64,000 bases of DNA from Flectonema sp. DT1601 (Eukaryota): positions 186,001 through 250,000 of the forward strand of contig OZ025790.1 of assembly GCA_964019425.1 (NCBI GenBank), in the 5' to 3' direction. This document shows, piece after piece, positions 1 to 11,394 of the stretch. A program made the translations under genes and the position numbers. The notes under the pieces are model-generated. The model saw nothing but the letters and a program-made list of their open reading frames with translations. It searched no databases and was not told the DNA's origin. Each line of letters starts with the position of its first letter. The first letter of the stretch is position 1.

Positions 1-1005
1 ATCTTTAATTAAGAACTGGTACTCACTCACAAGTTGGTAATCATTTTGATTATCTGAAACTCTTAATAGTCTTCCGGTAAGTTCAGTTGATTGCTCTGTC
101 TCTGTTAGTACTAAACCATTGAAGACTGTTGGGATAGAAGCGATGTGAATGTCACTCAATTCCTCTTTAGAAATCATCATTGCATTATCAACCGATGCTG
201 TCACATTACTAACTGAAAAGAGTTGAACAAAAGTACCAGCATCTCCTGTCCAATACACAGCTACAATCGATTGGTGATGTGTTTTAGCAATCGCAGATAG
301 TGAAACCTTTTTAACATTATGATCGAAATGTAAATAACTTGAAGTCCCGTCGTTAGCAACAAGTAGTAGTTTCATTATATTATTTTCAGTCACACAGACA
401 AGTTGTTTCTCCAATGGTTCAATGTACAATGTACTGGATAATTTAACACCTGTTGTAATCACTGACATTGACGAAGTGATAACCGTTCCATTTAAAGTCT
501 CAATTCTAAACATAAACATACCTGCAGTACTCCCTACTATTACAGAGAAGGCGGATGAATCTGATGGATTTGATGTAAGTCTTGTGACTGAATGTTTGTA
601 AACAGAACCATCAACAGTAATGTTGGTTGCTGCTGATTCGTTACCTGAAATAACCACAACTTGAATTCCTTCACTTTGTATATAAGACGCGATGATATCT
701 CTGTTATTGCTGTAGCTGATGCTGCATTTCCTGTCGATTAGAATTTCTGAATCATCAGCGATTCGGATTTTTTCTCCTTCAGGATATCCATTTGCATCGT
801 ATCGCTGAGCCGCAATCTCTTTCTCTCCATCTTTTGTACCTTGCCACATAGTTACATAGCCTTCTTCTGTTTCTGAGGCGCAAACATTGTGGGCCCATCT
901 GGTGTGGTATTCCAAATCGTCCTTTATGACGACTTCTCCAGAACAACACAATAACAATCCCAACAACGTCTTCACTACTCTCGTGAATGACGAGATGGCA
1001 TACAT
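1..1005 (-). CDS. Secreted/surface protein, N-terminal part only (ORF runs off the window start)
   Basis: Manual translation from ATG at 1005: MYAISSFTRVVKTLLGLLLCCSGEVVIKDD...GYVTMWQGTKDGEKEIAAQRYDANGYPEGEKIRI... No stop in the stretches translated (1005-~580 and 240-1). N-terminal hydrophobic signal-like segment. Absent from the ORF track, presumably because it has no stop inside the window. Confidence 0.8.
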   Translation of the reverse strand, partial: MYAISSFTRVVKTLLGLLLCCSGEVVIKDDLEYHTRWAHNVCASETEEGYVTMWQGTKDGEKEIAAQRYDANGYPEGEKIRIADDSEILIDRKCSISYSNNRDIIASYIQSEGIQVVVISGNESAATNITVDGSVYKHSVTRLTSNPSDSSAFSVIVGSTAGMFMFRIETLNGTVITSSMSVITTGVKLSSTLYIEPLEKQLVCVTENNIMKLLLVANDGTSSYLHFDHNVKKVSLSAIAKTHHQSIVAVYWTGDAGTFVQLFSVSNVTASVDNAMMISKEELSDIHIASIPTVFNGLVLTETEQSTELTGRLLRVSDNQNDYQLVSEYQFLIKD

Positions 1006-2617
1006 CAGTGATTATACTGTGGAAGTACAAATTAAAATATTGGATTATATTTACAACACAATGACTTTAATTATCTGTAAGCTGTGTGATGTAAGGAGAA
1101 GGGGTATTAATAATCAACATACATACATCTCAACACTTCATAAAACAATATAAAGTAAACTATTCAAAGGTTTACTGCCAAAACAGGGATGCAGGAGCCG
1201 GGGAAACTCTCCCTCTAGTGCCGAGCACGCGGAAACCAAAAGGGAAAAAAAAAATCCAAACTTCTTCTTCTTCTTCTTCTTCTTCCTTTTTTTTTTTTTT
1301 CCCCCACCTCCCTCCTTTTTATTCTACATGCCCAGCGGGTGGGAAGGTTTCGCGACTCGTGCCTCACGGGTAGGACGTCCATACGCCTCTCCATATCATT
1401 TTCAGGAAGTAAAACGATACTTTGAGGGGGGTGGTTGCACAATCGTTTTCAAGCAGTAAATTTTTAATTTCTTTCCCAGTTACCTTCTCATTTGGTTTTT
1501 TTTTTTTTTTTCCATTCGGGGTTGTTGTACAGTAAACAAGAATAAAAAACAAAAGGGACACGGGTGAGAAAAGGGGACAGATTTGAAGACACTTACATAT
1601 TTTCTTTTCTTTTCCTTTCTTCTCTTCGCCACCCAATCCACTGGGCACCTACAAGCAGACAGTTATCGAACTCCGAATTTGCAGATTTCGACAAAAACAA
1701 TTTAAAAAGAGTTTAGCAAGAGCTACGGCAAAGACATATAAAAGAATTTTTTAAAAAAATGTGCAGAATTTTTTTTTTTTTTTTTTTTGCACGTCATTAA
1801 TTAAATAACAGCTACTCAGACCCCGGCAATAATCAGAGTTTTCATCTTCGCGTAGTTTTTAGTTCCTTCCTAGTAAAAAAAGAAGTGTCCCGTGTTTCTT
1901 CTATTTTCTTTTTTTTTGCGAGGTACCTTGATTGCCACGATTTGCTGTTTGTTTCTTTTTTTCTCTCTCTTTTTTTTTTTTTTTTTCTTTTTTTTTTCGC
2001 GACCACTCTTCTCACAATGGCTTTTTGAAGAAACCTCTTCCAACCAAAAAGCAAAAACAAAAAAAAAAAAAAAAAGAAGAAATTGAGGGTGAAAGGAAAT
2101 ATACAGAAATACAACTAAAAAAAAAGAGGAAAATAAAAAAATTTGTTTCTTTTTTCCCCAATTCATTTCTTCTCTTTTCTTTTTTTCTTTTTTTTGATTC
2201 CTCAGAAGTTGCATAACTTCCAATGCTCAACAAAGCAAGATTGAGAGTCGCGTACTAGGATAAACAAATTGTATTAGGAGAACACGAAGGGGAATCGAAC
2301 ATGCCTGAACGGGAAGCAGGGAAGGGCTCAGACTAATTTTCTATTTCTTGTATCACATTTTCTCGACGTGTTTTTTTTTTCTGAGAAGGAAAATCTGGAT
2401 GGGGGAAGGGGGAGGCGGGGGGAAACACTACCAAACGGTGGATGGTTTGGGAAATATGGAAAATACACTTGAGCGAGTTCATTTCTTTTTGTCTTCTTTT
2501 TTTTTTCTTTTTTTTCCATTATTACTTTTTTTCTTTATTTTCACTGAACAATTCTGCCTAGGCCGAAAATACCCATTGACATTAGGTAAAGGAACCGATA
2601 ATATTAGGAAAAGTACA

Positions 2618-4255
2618 TTACATTTCCTTGTGTTCTTCATCTTCTGATCTACAGCAGCACCAGTAAATTAAGAAGATAACGATGACGATAGCCGAGAGGC
2701 ATCCAACAACAATTCCAGCGATAGCTCCTCCAGAAATCTCGTCATCGCTGTTGTCAACGAATGGTACTACTGGGATAGTACAAACACCACTTGCATCACT
2801 TACGTAAGGAGCATTGCACAACATGTCCTTACAGATTGGTGTTGCTGTTGCGGTGTTTGACACTCCAGTAACAGCTCTGCTTCCAAAGTGACTTCTCAAT
2901 CTGGTTTCCCTCGTGTCTGGACAGAATCTCGCAATAGATGGAAGAAAGTAAGCAGACTTGTAGTTAAATGATCTTCCAAATCTCGCATCTAAAGTTGGTA
3001 CACTCACCAATCTCGTCAACACAGATCCTGGAAAGGCTGTAAAGGCTCCAACAAACAAATCTTTAACCTGCATTCTCAATCTAATGGATGAATCAACTCC
3101 CAATTGTGTAGTCTGAGTTGCAACACGAGTAGTACTACAGTGGTGTGTAATAAGCTTTACAGCCATCGTTGGTTCAGTGTCAAAGATCGACTCGATTTGG
3201 TTGAGGAATGAGGCACCAAATGTATCAATACCAGCACAGTTAGCAGTGTTGAAGGTCATTCCAATAATAACATCGATGGCTGCGACTCCGTTAATAAGAT
3301 TTCCACTTGCGGTAGGGAAACAGTTTCTGAAAATAGCATTAGTAGTTGCATCAGTGTATTGACTGAATCCAGGTGAACAGACACAACTAGCAGTGGCAGC
3401 CTGCTGAGATGGAACAACACAGGCAGCATTTGGATCACCAAACATTCTACAGTCAGTGTGAGTGCTGCAAACATGAACATCAGATGCAGATAAGGTACTT
3501 CCAGTGTCAGCAACACAAGCTCCATTAGTAACAATGAACCCAGAAGAGCAAGTAATATCACGACAGTTGGTACCGCCAAACCATCCCTGAAGAGTAGTTG
3601 CTCCACTTGTTGGCAACGTACAGAAAGATGGAACAGCATCTGCCAACATCAAACTCTGCTGGTTAGTAGTAGCACCTAAAAGACGAAGGTTAGTTGTAGT
3701 TAACAAAGTAAGAGCTGCGTCAGGGAATGTCAACAAGAGAGGACTGACAAGATCACTTAATTTCATAGAAAGTCTCATTGCCGTGTAAACTCCAGTGGTT
3801 GAACCAGTAGTAGCACAAGAGTGCTCAATAGCGTCAACGACAATGTTTGATGTTTGAAAGTATCCCTGAATTCTCTGAGTGTATTCAGTTCTGAAAGTTC
3901 CAATCTGACTGCAATCACCAGCGTTGTATGTTAAAGTTAAAACAGCTGTCACGTCCTGTCCAGCCTTCAGTGCTTGGGAATCTGCCACTCTCAAGCAAGT
4001 GTTGACGCTGTTGCCGCTTGTGTCGGTAAAGAAACCGAATGGATTAGCACCAGTTGCGGTGCAAACACACTTGTTTGGTGTTGCTGCGGTATTAGTAGGA
4101 CACGTCCCGAAAACATTAGTGTTACAACAAGTTGCTGTAGTGTCACCGTACTGTCTGCAGTTAGCGTTTGATGAACAAACAAGAACTTGATCAGCAGTGA
4201 AAGGAACACCAGCTGACAGACCGACCAACGCAGCCGCAATAAGCAGCGATTTCAT
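2618..4255 (-). CDS. Cys-rich type I membrane protein with two tandem ~240-aa modules
   Basis: 545-aa ORF; signal peptide MKSLLIAAALVGLSAG; internal duplication DQVLVCSSNANCRQYGDTTATC / SDVHVCSTHTDCRMFGDPNAAC; C-terminal TM GAIAGIVVGCLSAIVIVIFLIYW followed by CCCR and a short acidic tail. Confidence 0.85.
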   Translation of the reverse strand: MKSLLIAAALVGLSAGVPFTADQVLVCSSNANCRQYGDTTATCCNTNVFGTCPTNTAATPNKCVCTATGANPFGFFTDTSGNSVNTCLRVADSQALKAGQDVTAVLTLTYNAGDCSQIGTFRTEYTQRIQGYFQTSNIVVDAIEHSCATTGSTTGVYTAMRLSMKLSDLVSPLLLTFPDAALTLLTTTNLRLLGATTNQQSLMLADAVPSFCTLPTSGATTLQGWFGGTNCRDITCSSGFIVTNGACVADTGSTLSASDVHVCSTHTDCRMFGDPNAACVVPSQQAATASCVCSPGFSQYTDATTNAIFRNCFPTASGNLINGVAAIDVIIGMTFNTANCAGIDTFGASFLNQIESIFDTEPTMAVKLITHHCSTTRVATQTTQLGVDSSIRLRMQVKDLFVGAFTAFPGSVLTRLVSVPTLDARFGRSFNYKSAYFLPSIARFCPDTRETRLRSHFGSRAVTGVSNTATATPICKDMLCNAPYVSDASGVCTIPVVPFVDNSDDEISGGAIAGIVVGCLSAIVIVIFLIYWCCCRSEDEEHKEM

Positions 4256-4488
4256 TTTATGGGTTGGGGTGTTTGATCTGAAGTTATAAAAATTAATTTG
4301 AAAAATAATAATTATAATAATAAAGAAAACACCATTCTAACACACCCCATCCTCGTTATAAATAAATATTTTTGAGAACCTGCTAATTAATGAGAAATGT
4401 CAAAACACGAACATTATCTAAAATAAAACAAAAAACAAGCAAAAAATAAGTAGTTTTTTGGCCGGATTGCCATCATATCATAAGATAC

Positions 4489-4524
<36 letters not shown>

Positions 4525-4638
4525 TAAGTCGGAAGGGGGGTGAAAAATTAAATTTTTTTTTTTTATACAACAATGACAAATGGTGTAGAAAGAAGAAAAA
4601 AAAGAAATCCTAAAAAAAGAAGAGAATAAAAACCTCAT

Positions 4639-5862
4639 TCATGTTAAACTAATACTCGTGATGTCATTAATCCCTTGTTCATTAAGGTTTGTCATCATTT
4701 TATCTAGATCATTAGGGCCTATTCCCAGATCATTTTTTATTTCTTGTACAGTAGTTTGACCGTTTCTGTGCGTAACAAGTACTCGTCTGCAGCTGGTATT
4801 TTGCATTGCACCAGTACCTCCAGAGATGTGCCACGTGTTTCTAACCATAAGTTCGAAATATTGTTCGTTATCAATGCCTGCTGAGATATCTTGGTAGTAG
4901 CTGCAGAATTCTTGTACAGTAATTTCACAATCTCCGTCTTGATCCCAACCGCTGATGAATTCTTTAAGAACGTCTTCCTCAGTCTTCTCACCTGATAGTA
5001 CTGCAGGGTTTGTAGCCGCATCGTATATTCTGAGAATGTCATCCATGGTGACCGTTCCATCTAAGTTTTTATCCAACAGTTTGTATGCTTTCTTAACTAA
5101 TTCAGTACGTCTGTTGGGCATTGGTCCTCTCACACCTGATAGGAATTCAGTTAGGGAAACAGAACCAGAACCATCTTTGTCAAAATAATTAAAAATAATA
5201 TTTAGTTCAGCCTCTGTTAGGTCAATTCCGTATTCTTGAAGACCCTCTGCGAGTTCATTTCTCTCAAGTTGATTGTTTCCGTTGGTGTCCATTAACTGAA
5301 GCTGTCTTCTGATTCCTCTAAATCCAGTGCTACCCCCTTTTTGTAGTAAAGCTTCCCTGGTACGTTTAATTAGTACGAGTTGTTTATCCATTGGGGATAG
5401 TGCTTTACCGAGTGCTTTGGGTGCTGTTGCATTTGCTTTATTCGAAGGGTCGGAATAGCTGTTGCAAGACTCGGATGCCCATTGATTAAAATTATTATTT
5501 TGAAGATCACAGTGAGGTTGATGTCCAGGGTATATTGTTTTGTCTTTATTTATAATCTGAATCATATCATTTTGTGATAGCCTCTGTTGTTCTGTTCTTG
5601 ATTTTGCTGGTCCTTGAACGGTCACTCTGTTGGCACTTAATTCTTGTTCTCTGTCTGATAGTAGCAGCGGACGTTTACTACAAAATCTAGTATCAGATTG
5701 CTCTTCTGACCAGTTTCCCATTAAAGTGTTGACGCTGTATCCATTCTTACCAACTCCTTGAGTCCCTCTTTGATAACAACCTAATTGGTATCCCCTTTGT
5801 GAAGGTTGGTTTAATGATCCTTGTAGACGCTCGCTGACCCTTTCTTCAAGGTGTTCAGTCAT
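4639..5862 (-). CDS. Calcyphosin-like EF-hand calcium-binding protein
   Basis: 407 aa; four EF-hand loops (DTNGNNQLERNE, DKDGSGSVSLTE, DKNLDGTVTMDD, DQDGDCEITVQE) and the calcyphosin-family motif YYQDISAGIDNEQYFELMVRNTW. Confidence 0.88.
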   Translation of the reverse strand: MTEHLEERVSERLQGSLNQPSQRGYQLGCYQRGTQGVGKNGYSVNTLMGNWSEEQSDTRFCSKRPLLLSDREQELSANRVTVQGPAKSRTEQQRLSQNDMIQIINKDKTIYPGHQPHCDLQNNNFNQWASESCNSYSDPSNKANATAPKALGKALSPMDKQLVLIKRTREALLQKGGSTGFRGIRRQLQLMDTNGNNQLERNELAEGLQEYGIDLTEAELNIIFNYFDKDGSGSVSLTEFLSGVRGPMPNRRTELVKKAYKLLDKNLDGTVTMDDILRIYDAATNPAVLSGEKTEEDVLKEFISGWDQDGDCEITVQEFCSYYQDISAGIDNEQYFELMVRNTWHISGGTGAMQNTSCRRVLVTHRNGQTTVQEIKNDLGIGPNDLDKMMTNLNEQGINDITSISLT

Positions 5863-6067
5863 TTTTAGATCTTTTATCGCTTAGGGATGAAATATAAAAA
5901 GAATTATTAATAAAGACAACTACTTCGATCACAAGTACTGTTTAGTGTTACCTCTTATCACGTCTTAACTGAAGAGAGAGTGAGTCTCTCTGACAGGTAT
6001 ACAAGTTAACTAACTTGATAGTCGTTGCTTTCTAAGTGTTGCGAACCGCAGGTAAGGTGTGCGGTTC

Positions 6068-7075
6068 TCAAGTCATACTTTCCAACTTTCTCTTTAGAAA
6101 CCTATCTCTTAGTGATTCAATGTCTGCATCGGTATTCCTTCTTGCCATTCTTTCTTTTCTTCTCTCAAGTACATTTTTCTTCCGATCTGCAGCAACGTAT
6201 GTAAGTTTTTCAATTGTTTCAGCGGTACTGAGGGCTGTTTGTATTGCGGGTTTGTCTGTCTCAGTTTTCGGTACAGAATCCCCAACAGGTTCAGGATTAT
6301 TGTTTTCAATTACTTCTTTAGAAGATTGTAAAGGAGCAGCTGGTTGTTCTTCAGATGGTGGTTGTTCTCGCTGCTCTTCTTTGAGCCGTTGGTATTTTTC
6401 ACGACGTTCTTGTTTTCGCTGTTGATCTTTTTTCTGTAAGTAGTTTCGAAGCTGGTCTTGATACTCTTCGCTCTCCTTTTCATCATCATCGTCTGTTGGT
6501 TCTGCAGCACGCTTTTGAAGTAACGTCGAATTGAATGCCGCAAACCCCGTCTTCGCAGCTGAACGACTGTCATCAATAGCGTTGATCACCGCGTCAGTAG
6601 CTGCTCTCTTTCGGGCTTCCTCAGATTTCTTTATAAATACGGGAGTGGCGATAGGAGCAATTTCGTTATCCACGTCTGAATACAAGTGGTCTGTTCTCTT
6701 AGCTTCGTTGCTGATTATTCTTTGGTTTGTTATTTCACGCTCTGCTTCACGTTGTTCAGCTTGGATTTTCATGGCTTGTATAAACTTAGATTGGTTGTTT
6801 GTCTCTTGTTTTATGATTTCTTTTTTAGGCTCGTCCTTTGTATCATAGTCTAGAAGGCCGGGTATTTCCATCTCTATTTGGTTTTTTGAGGCTTCCTCGT
6901 TTCTTTTATTTTTCTTGGCGTTTGCTTCCATTGTTCTTCTGATCAAATCCCCGCCTTCATCTCCGCTGTCATCGTCGTCGTCACCAAACCCAGCGAGTAC
7001 CACGGGAACAGTCTTGTTGGCTAATAACCCTTGCTTGGTTGGTTTCTTGAGTGAAACGGTACCGAAGTTAATCAT
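6068..7075 (-). CDS. NSRP1: NSRP1/CCDC55-like nuclear speckle splicing regulator (DUF2040-type coiled coil)
   Basis: 335 aa; FGDDDDD, LDYD, SKFIQAMKIQAEQREAEREI...HLYSD pattern and C-terminal ARRNTDADIESLRDRFLKRK resemble the NSRP1 family. Confidence 0.65.
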   Translation of the reverse strand: MINFGTVSLKKPTKQGLLANKTVPVVLAGFGDDDDDSGDEGGDLIRRTMEANAKKNKRNEEASKNQIEMEIPGLLDYDTKDEPKKEIIKQETNNQSKFIQAMKIQAEQREAEREITNQRIISNEAKRTDHLYSDVDNEIAPIATPVFIKKSEEARKRAATDAVINAIDDSRSAAKTGFAAFNSTLLQKRAAEPTDDDDEKESEEYQDQLRNYLQKKDQQRKQERREKYQRLKEEQREQPPSEEQPAAPLQSSKEVIENNNPEPVGDSVPKTETDKPAIQTALSTAETIEKLTYVAADRKKNVLERRKERMARRNTDADIESLRDRFLKRKLESMT

Positions 7076-7143
7076 ATTCAGATGTAGTAATACCTGTGGG
7101 AATTGTTGTATTTTAATATAATAATTAAATAATAATAATTATT

Positions 7144-7911
7144 CATAGATGGAAGTGCCCTCCAAATTTGGAGGGCGCCTGGTGAAAATCAGCCACAAAA
7201 ATTTGTAGGGCCAAAATAGGGCCATTGTAGGGCCAAAATAGGGCCAAAATAGGGCGCTGGAGGGCGCGTAGGGCGCTTTTTTAATTAAATTTAATATAAT
7301 GCCGAGCTCATTTTGACACACCCCTGCCCTCAGCGAGGGTCGAATCGCATCTTATTTGACTTTTCTCCGGTTCGCCCGATCAAATGCGTCTCTGGGATAT
7401 CAGTTTACTTGCCACCAGTAAACTTCTTTTTTTTCTCACAAGGTACCTGAAGACCGGCCTATTAGCAGGTTAGCAAGAACGCACTCTCCCTCCTCGAATC
7501 CCTCTATATTCGACTCGGTGCATTCTGCGGGCTATCAGTTCCTTGTAGATCTGGGATGCATCGTCCACTGAAATGAGTTTCAGCTTCAGGGATTGCAGCA
7601 GGCTCCGGAAGCTCTCAAGGAATGGCCCATTGTTTTTTGCCATTGTTGACCTCCGAACCATGACCTGGAGGTCTCGGGTTCGAACCCCGTGACACCCTTT
7701 TTTCTCTTTCGAAAGACTGCCAAGCATGTCAAAATTTTTTTTTGGCTTCTGCGTCAAAATACTTGTGCGTCAGTGTAAGTCCCCGTCAATTTCAGCTTTC
7801 TTATAGTAATAAAAAAGGTAAAAAAAAGCGCCCTCCAAAATAATATTTATATTAAAAGCGCCCTACAAGCGCCCTACACGCCCTCCAAATTGTAGGGCAC
7901 TTCCATCTATG
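7144..7911. mobile_element. Non-autonomous TIR DNA transposon (MITE-like), 768 bp
   Basis: Left end CATAGATGGAAGTGCCCTccaaatttggagggcg; reverse complement of right end CATAGATGGAAGTGCCCTacaatttggagggcg (~33-bp imperfect TIR). Direct repeat ATTATT at 7138-7143 and 7912-7917. Subterminal GGGCCAAAATA / AGGGCGC repeats; more GC-rich than flanks; no transposase ORF. Confidence 0.9.
7655..7704 (+). pseudogene. tRNA-derived fragment (variable loop + T arm / B-box) inside the MITE
   Basis: ccatgacctgGAGGTCtcgggTTCGAACcccg followed by a T-run: canonical V-loop and CGGG/CCCG T-stem with TTCGAAC loop; no recognisable D arm or acceptor stem. Confidence 0.45.
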
Positions 7912-9436
7912 ATTATTCATAATATTATATAGTTCAGCTGCATTTTATTTTTTTCTTTCGAATGATATCTGTGTTGGGGAAAATTAAAAAAAACAAATTT
8001 TAGAAAAAACTTTTTTGTCAGACAAACTGATACAACTTCACAATGCATTTGTTAAGAGTGTTTCCTGCTTCTGTTTTTTTTTTTTTTTTTTTTTTCTTTT
8101 CTTTCTCTGTTCTTTTTGTCGTTGATAATTTTTTTTTTTTTCCTTCTTCTATTTCTATTATTTTTTCTTCTCTTTTGAAGTCTAATCGTAAATTGCACCT
8201 CCGGTGCGGAAAAGCAACGACTTTATTTTTTTTTTTTTTTTTTTGTTTAAATTTCCTCTAATTGAGGAACAGGGGGGAATTCCAAAAAAAAAATGGGAAG
8301 CAGGAGGAGGGGAAATTTTTGTTCTTTTTTTTTTTTCTTTTTCTTTTTTTTAAAATTCTTTCAAAGATAAAGGTACCATAAACAAAAGGAAAAGAAAAAA
8401 AAAAAATAGTTTTCGGAATTTTTCCGATATTTCAAAAAGTTATGAACCTCCCCCAGCATTCAAAGCCACAACAAGCATTAAAGGCGTCTTGTGAGATAAA
8501 AAGAGGATAAGAGAACGAACTATTCATTAGTTTAAAAAACATGTAAATCCGTACAACTTGATTGAATGTAGTCAAAAAAGAAAAAAAGATGCAAAGATAG
8601 GTACCACAGGACTTGTTAGAAAGGCTTACACAGATGAGTCAAGACGAGTCTCAGGGAAAAAGAAAGAGCAACACCGCTATAGAACAGGATAACTAGGAAA
8701 AGAAGAAAAAAAAAGACCACCTTCTCGAGACACAGTCCTTGGGTCACCATATGACGGTAGACAGCGGACTGGGGTAATTGTTATTCCCCAATTACAAATA
8801 CAGCAGCCAGTACCAATTTCATTGATGCCTCGAAGACTAACTTTACCCTTCTCCTGATTTAATCAAATAAATTATTTTACAGCTAACAGTGCGCCTGACG
8901 TTTGCGGAGTAGTGCCAGTGAGTCAGTTTTTTATTACCCCCACAAGATACACGACAGGAGGCAACTTGTATCCGGCTTATACTTTTAATGACTACTAGTT
9001 TTTCTCAGATAGAAGTTCCAGCAGGCAAAAGAAAAAGCAAAAAGAACTATATTAGCAGGAATTAAAATTTATAATAAAAAAAAAATTAGACCACACTCAG
9101 GTGGATCTACACGAAAAAAAAAAAAAAAAAGAAAAAAATAGGAAACGCGCTGCAGAAAGATTTAAGGAGGAAAAGAAGAAAAAAAATCTGCTATGTATTC
9201 CCTCTCAGGAGAACTAGGCAAGGAAGCGCACGAGGATCTTTCCATTGTTGAACTAATATCGATTCAGAAACAGAACACACACACAGGTTTGTGAAAGGTT
9301 TGTAATGTTATTGAGCAGCATAATTATTTTAGTTAAGAAGAATCAGAATGGGGAGGGAAAAAAAAATTAAACAAGAATTTTACACTTGATTGAGACGACG
9401 TCTTTATATCCAAAACAAGGATCCAACAACAATGCA

Positions 9437-9467
<31 letters not shown>

Positions 9468-9592
9468 GTACAGTAAGAATATAACTCTCTCTCTCTCTTT
9501 TCACTCTTTCTCATTGGGGAATATCAATATTAAACTAACTCGCCAAATCTATATTAAGAATTTATAAAAAAAAAACTTAAAAAAAAAAACCA

Positions 9593-9710
9593 ATTCAGAT
9601 ACACACAGCCCTTATATTTTTTTTGTTGATCACCAGACAGTAATACTGACAGTACATGGGGAAATAGTTTACATTAACATAATAAATAAACGGCTCTTAA
9701 TAATCTGAAT
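9593..9710 (+). repeat. Dispersed ~125-nt hairpin repeat, copy A (lacks 3' mini-hairpin)
   Basis: attcagat...cagcccttatatttt...gttgat...taatactga...gggaaatag...cataataaataaacggctcttaataatctgaat; aligns by eye to the copies at 36331, 37722, 47071 and 63335. Confidence 0.8.
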
Positions 9711-10504
9711 AAAAAAGAAGGGGGAAAAAAAAAAAGAATAAATTCCAAACCAAAGTCACTAAACCTCCTACATCCGCTCTAATGCTAGATGTGGAGTTTC
9801 TTTAAAATTGGTGAGACTGAATTTAGAAAAGCGGGAAAAAGAAAAGGGAAAAAAAGACGTTTTACACGCACTAGTGGTTGAAGTTGTAGAGCAAAAAGTG
9901 GTAAACGAAGACCACTCCCCAGATTGTGTGACAAGGTTATAACCAGTTTTGAGGCAAACTATATTTTGAAAAGAATTAAAAAAAAAAAAAAAAAAAAAAA
10001 TTGGAATCAACTGAGCCCTGAGCATCCGCCGATATCGCTGGACGCAAAAGCTTCCTTCGTATTTTCTTAATAAAGTTGATTTTTTTTTTTTTTTTTTAGA
10101 ATAAATAAATAAATAAACAATAGAAGAACCAATCTATATTACAACACGTTAGTTTTTATTAAAAAAAACTGTTTTCGCAACGTAGTCGTAGATTCAAGCC
10201 TTAAGAGAATTCAATGCTCTGATACTTTTTTTTTTTTTTCTTCTTTTTTTCTTCCAAACCCCCTGCCTAATTCCACTCAAATGTCACTGAGAAGTCGGAT
10301 GTCAACACAGAAGTATCCGAAATTGTCAGCTCCACACAAAAGAATTTTATGATTCGAACCTTACAGAATTCTCTCCCTTTTTTTTTTTTTTTAAATTTTC
10401 TTGTTAACCCAAACAATGACACGCACTAATCAGGTTCTCATTTTTTGAGAAAAAACGAGCACCCGATTTATCGACTTTGAAGCTTCTTTATGCTTGGTAA
10501 ATTA

Positions 10505-10538
<34 letters not shown>

Positions 10539-11394
10539 AGACTCATACAACTAAGCGTATCGGGATAATAGTTGTTTTAATGTCCTGGCACTGAAGGTAT
10601 TCAAGAACGCTTTTCAAACTATTTTTGTTTTTTTTTGTTTTTTTTTAGAAAGAGACAAACCACTAATCAAGTGCTGTTTTTGTAGAAGTTCCAGCCAAGT
10701 CAAGGGGAAAAAAAAAACAACTTTAAAAAAAAATAATAATAATAATTAAATAAAATAAGGCAAGACTGACATGTGATACAACATTGGGAATGGGACAAGA
10801 GAAAAAGAAGGGGGGAAAAAGAAGGAAAAAAAAAAGGAAAAAGTCATTATTTGCGCGCTGACTTACAAGTTCACTTATAGCAACTAACTGATCTTGCAGG
10901 AATGCGGAGACGTTACAGAACTCCATCCCACAGCTAAATTGGTTTATTCTAGTTTCAGCCTTGAAATGGGAATAATATTAAAAATGAAATAAAATAAAAA
11001 TGTTTGGAAGCTAACCTTCTGTTTTTTTGCCACTGAAGTCCCCGACAATCAAATATGAGTTTGGTACAGCAGTTATATACACCTCTACCCCCATACTACA
11101 AGCAAAAAAAACACATACTATTCTGCTTGTTAGTGACAGATGAGAAGGCAAAAAAAACAAAACAAAAAAAAAAAAAAACAAGTATGGATTTGGTGTGGTA
11201 AAAGAAAACCTTTTTTTTTTTTTTTTTTTTTTTTGGAAATCTTGAAACCTTCATACAAGAATAACGGAGATGAAATTTTAAAAGAGATGCTGTCATCAAT
11301 GGTAGCTCACAGCAACGACGTGTGCTCCACAAGACGTCTAAAGAACATCACCTGAATAATGAGTAACACAATAACTTCTGTTACAATTTCACAA

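Noticed and set aside
1215..2647. Many short ORFs rich in K/F (also at 8043, 9768-11355, 13223-14968, 32932-34029, 36335-37573, 53530-54489, 62497-63887)
   Set aside because: They are translations of poly-A/poly-T intergenic tracts, often with non-ATG starts, and have no protein-like content.
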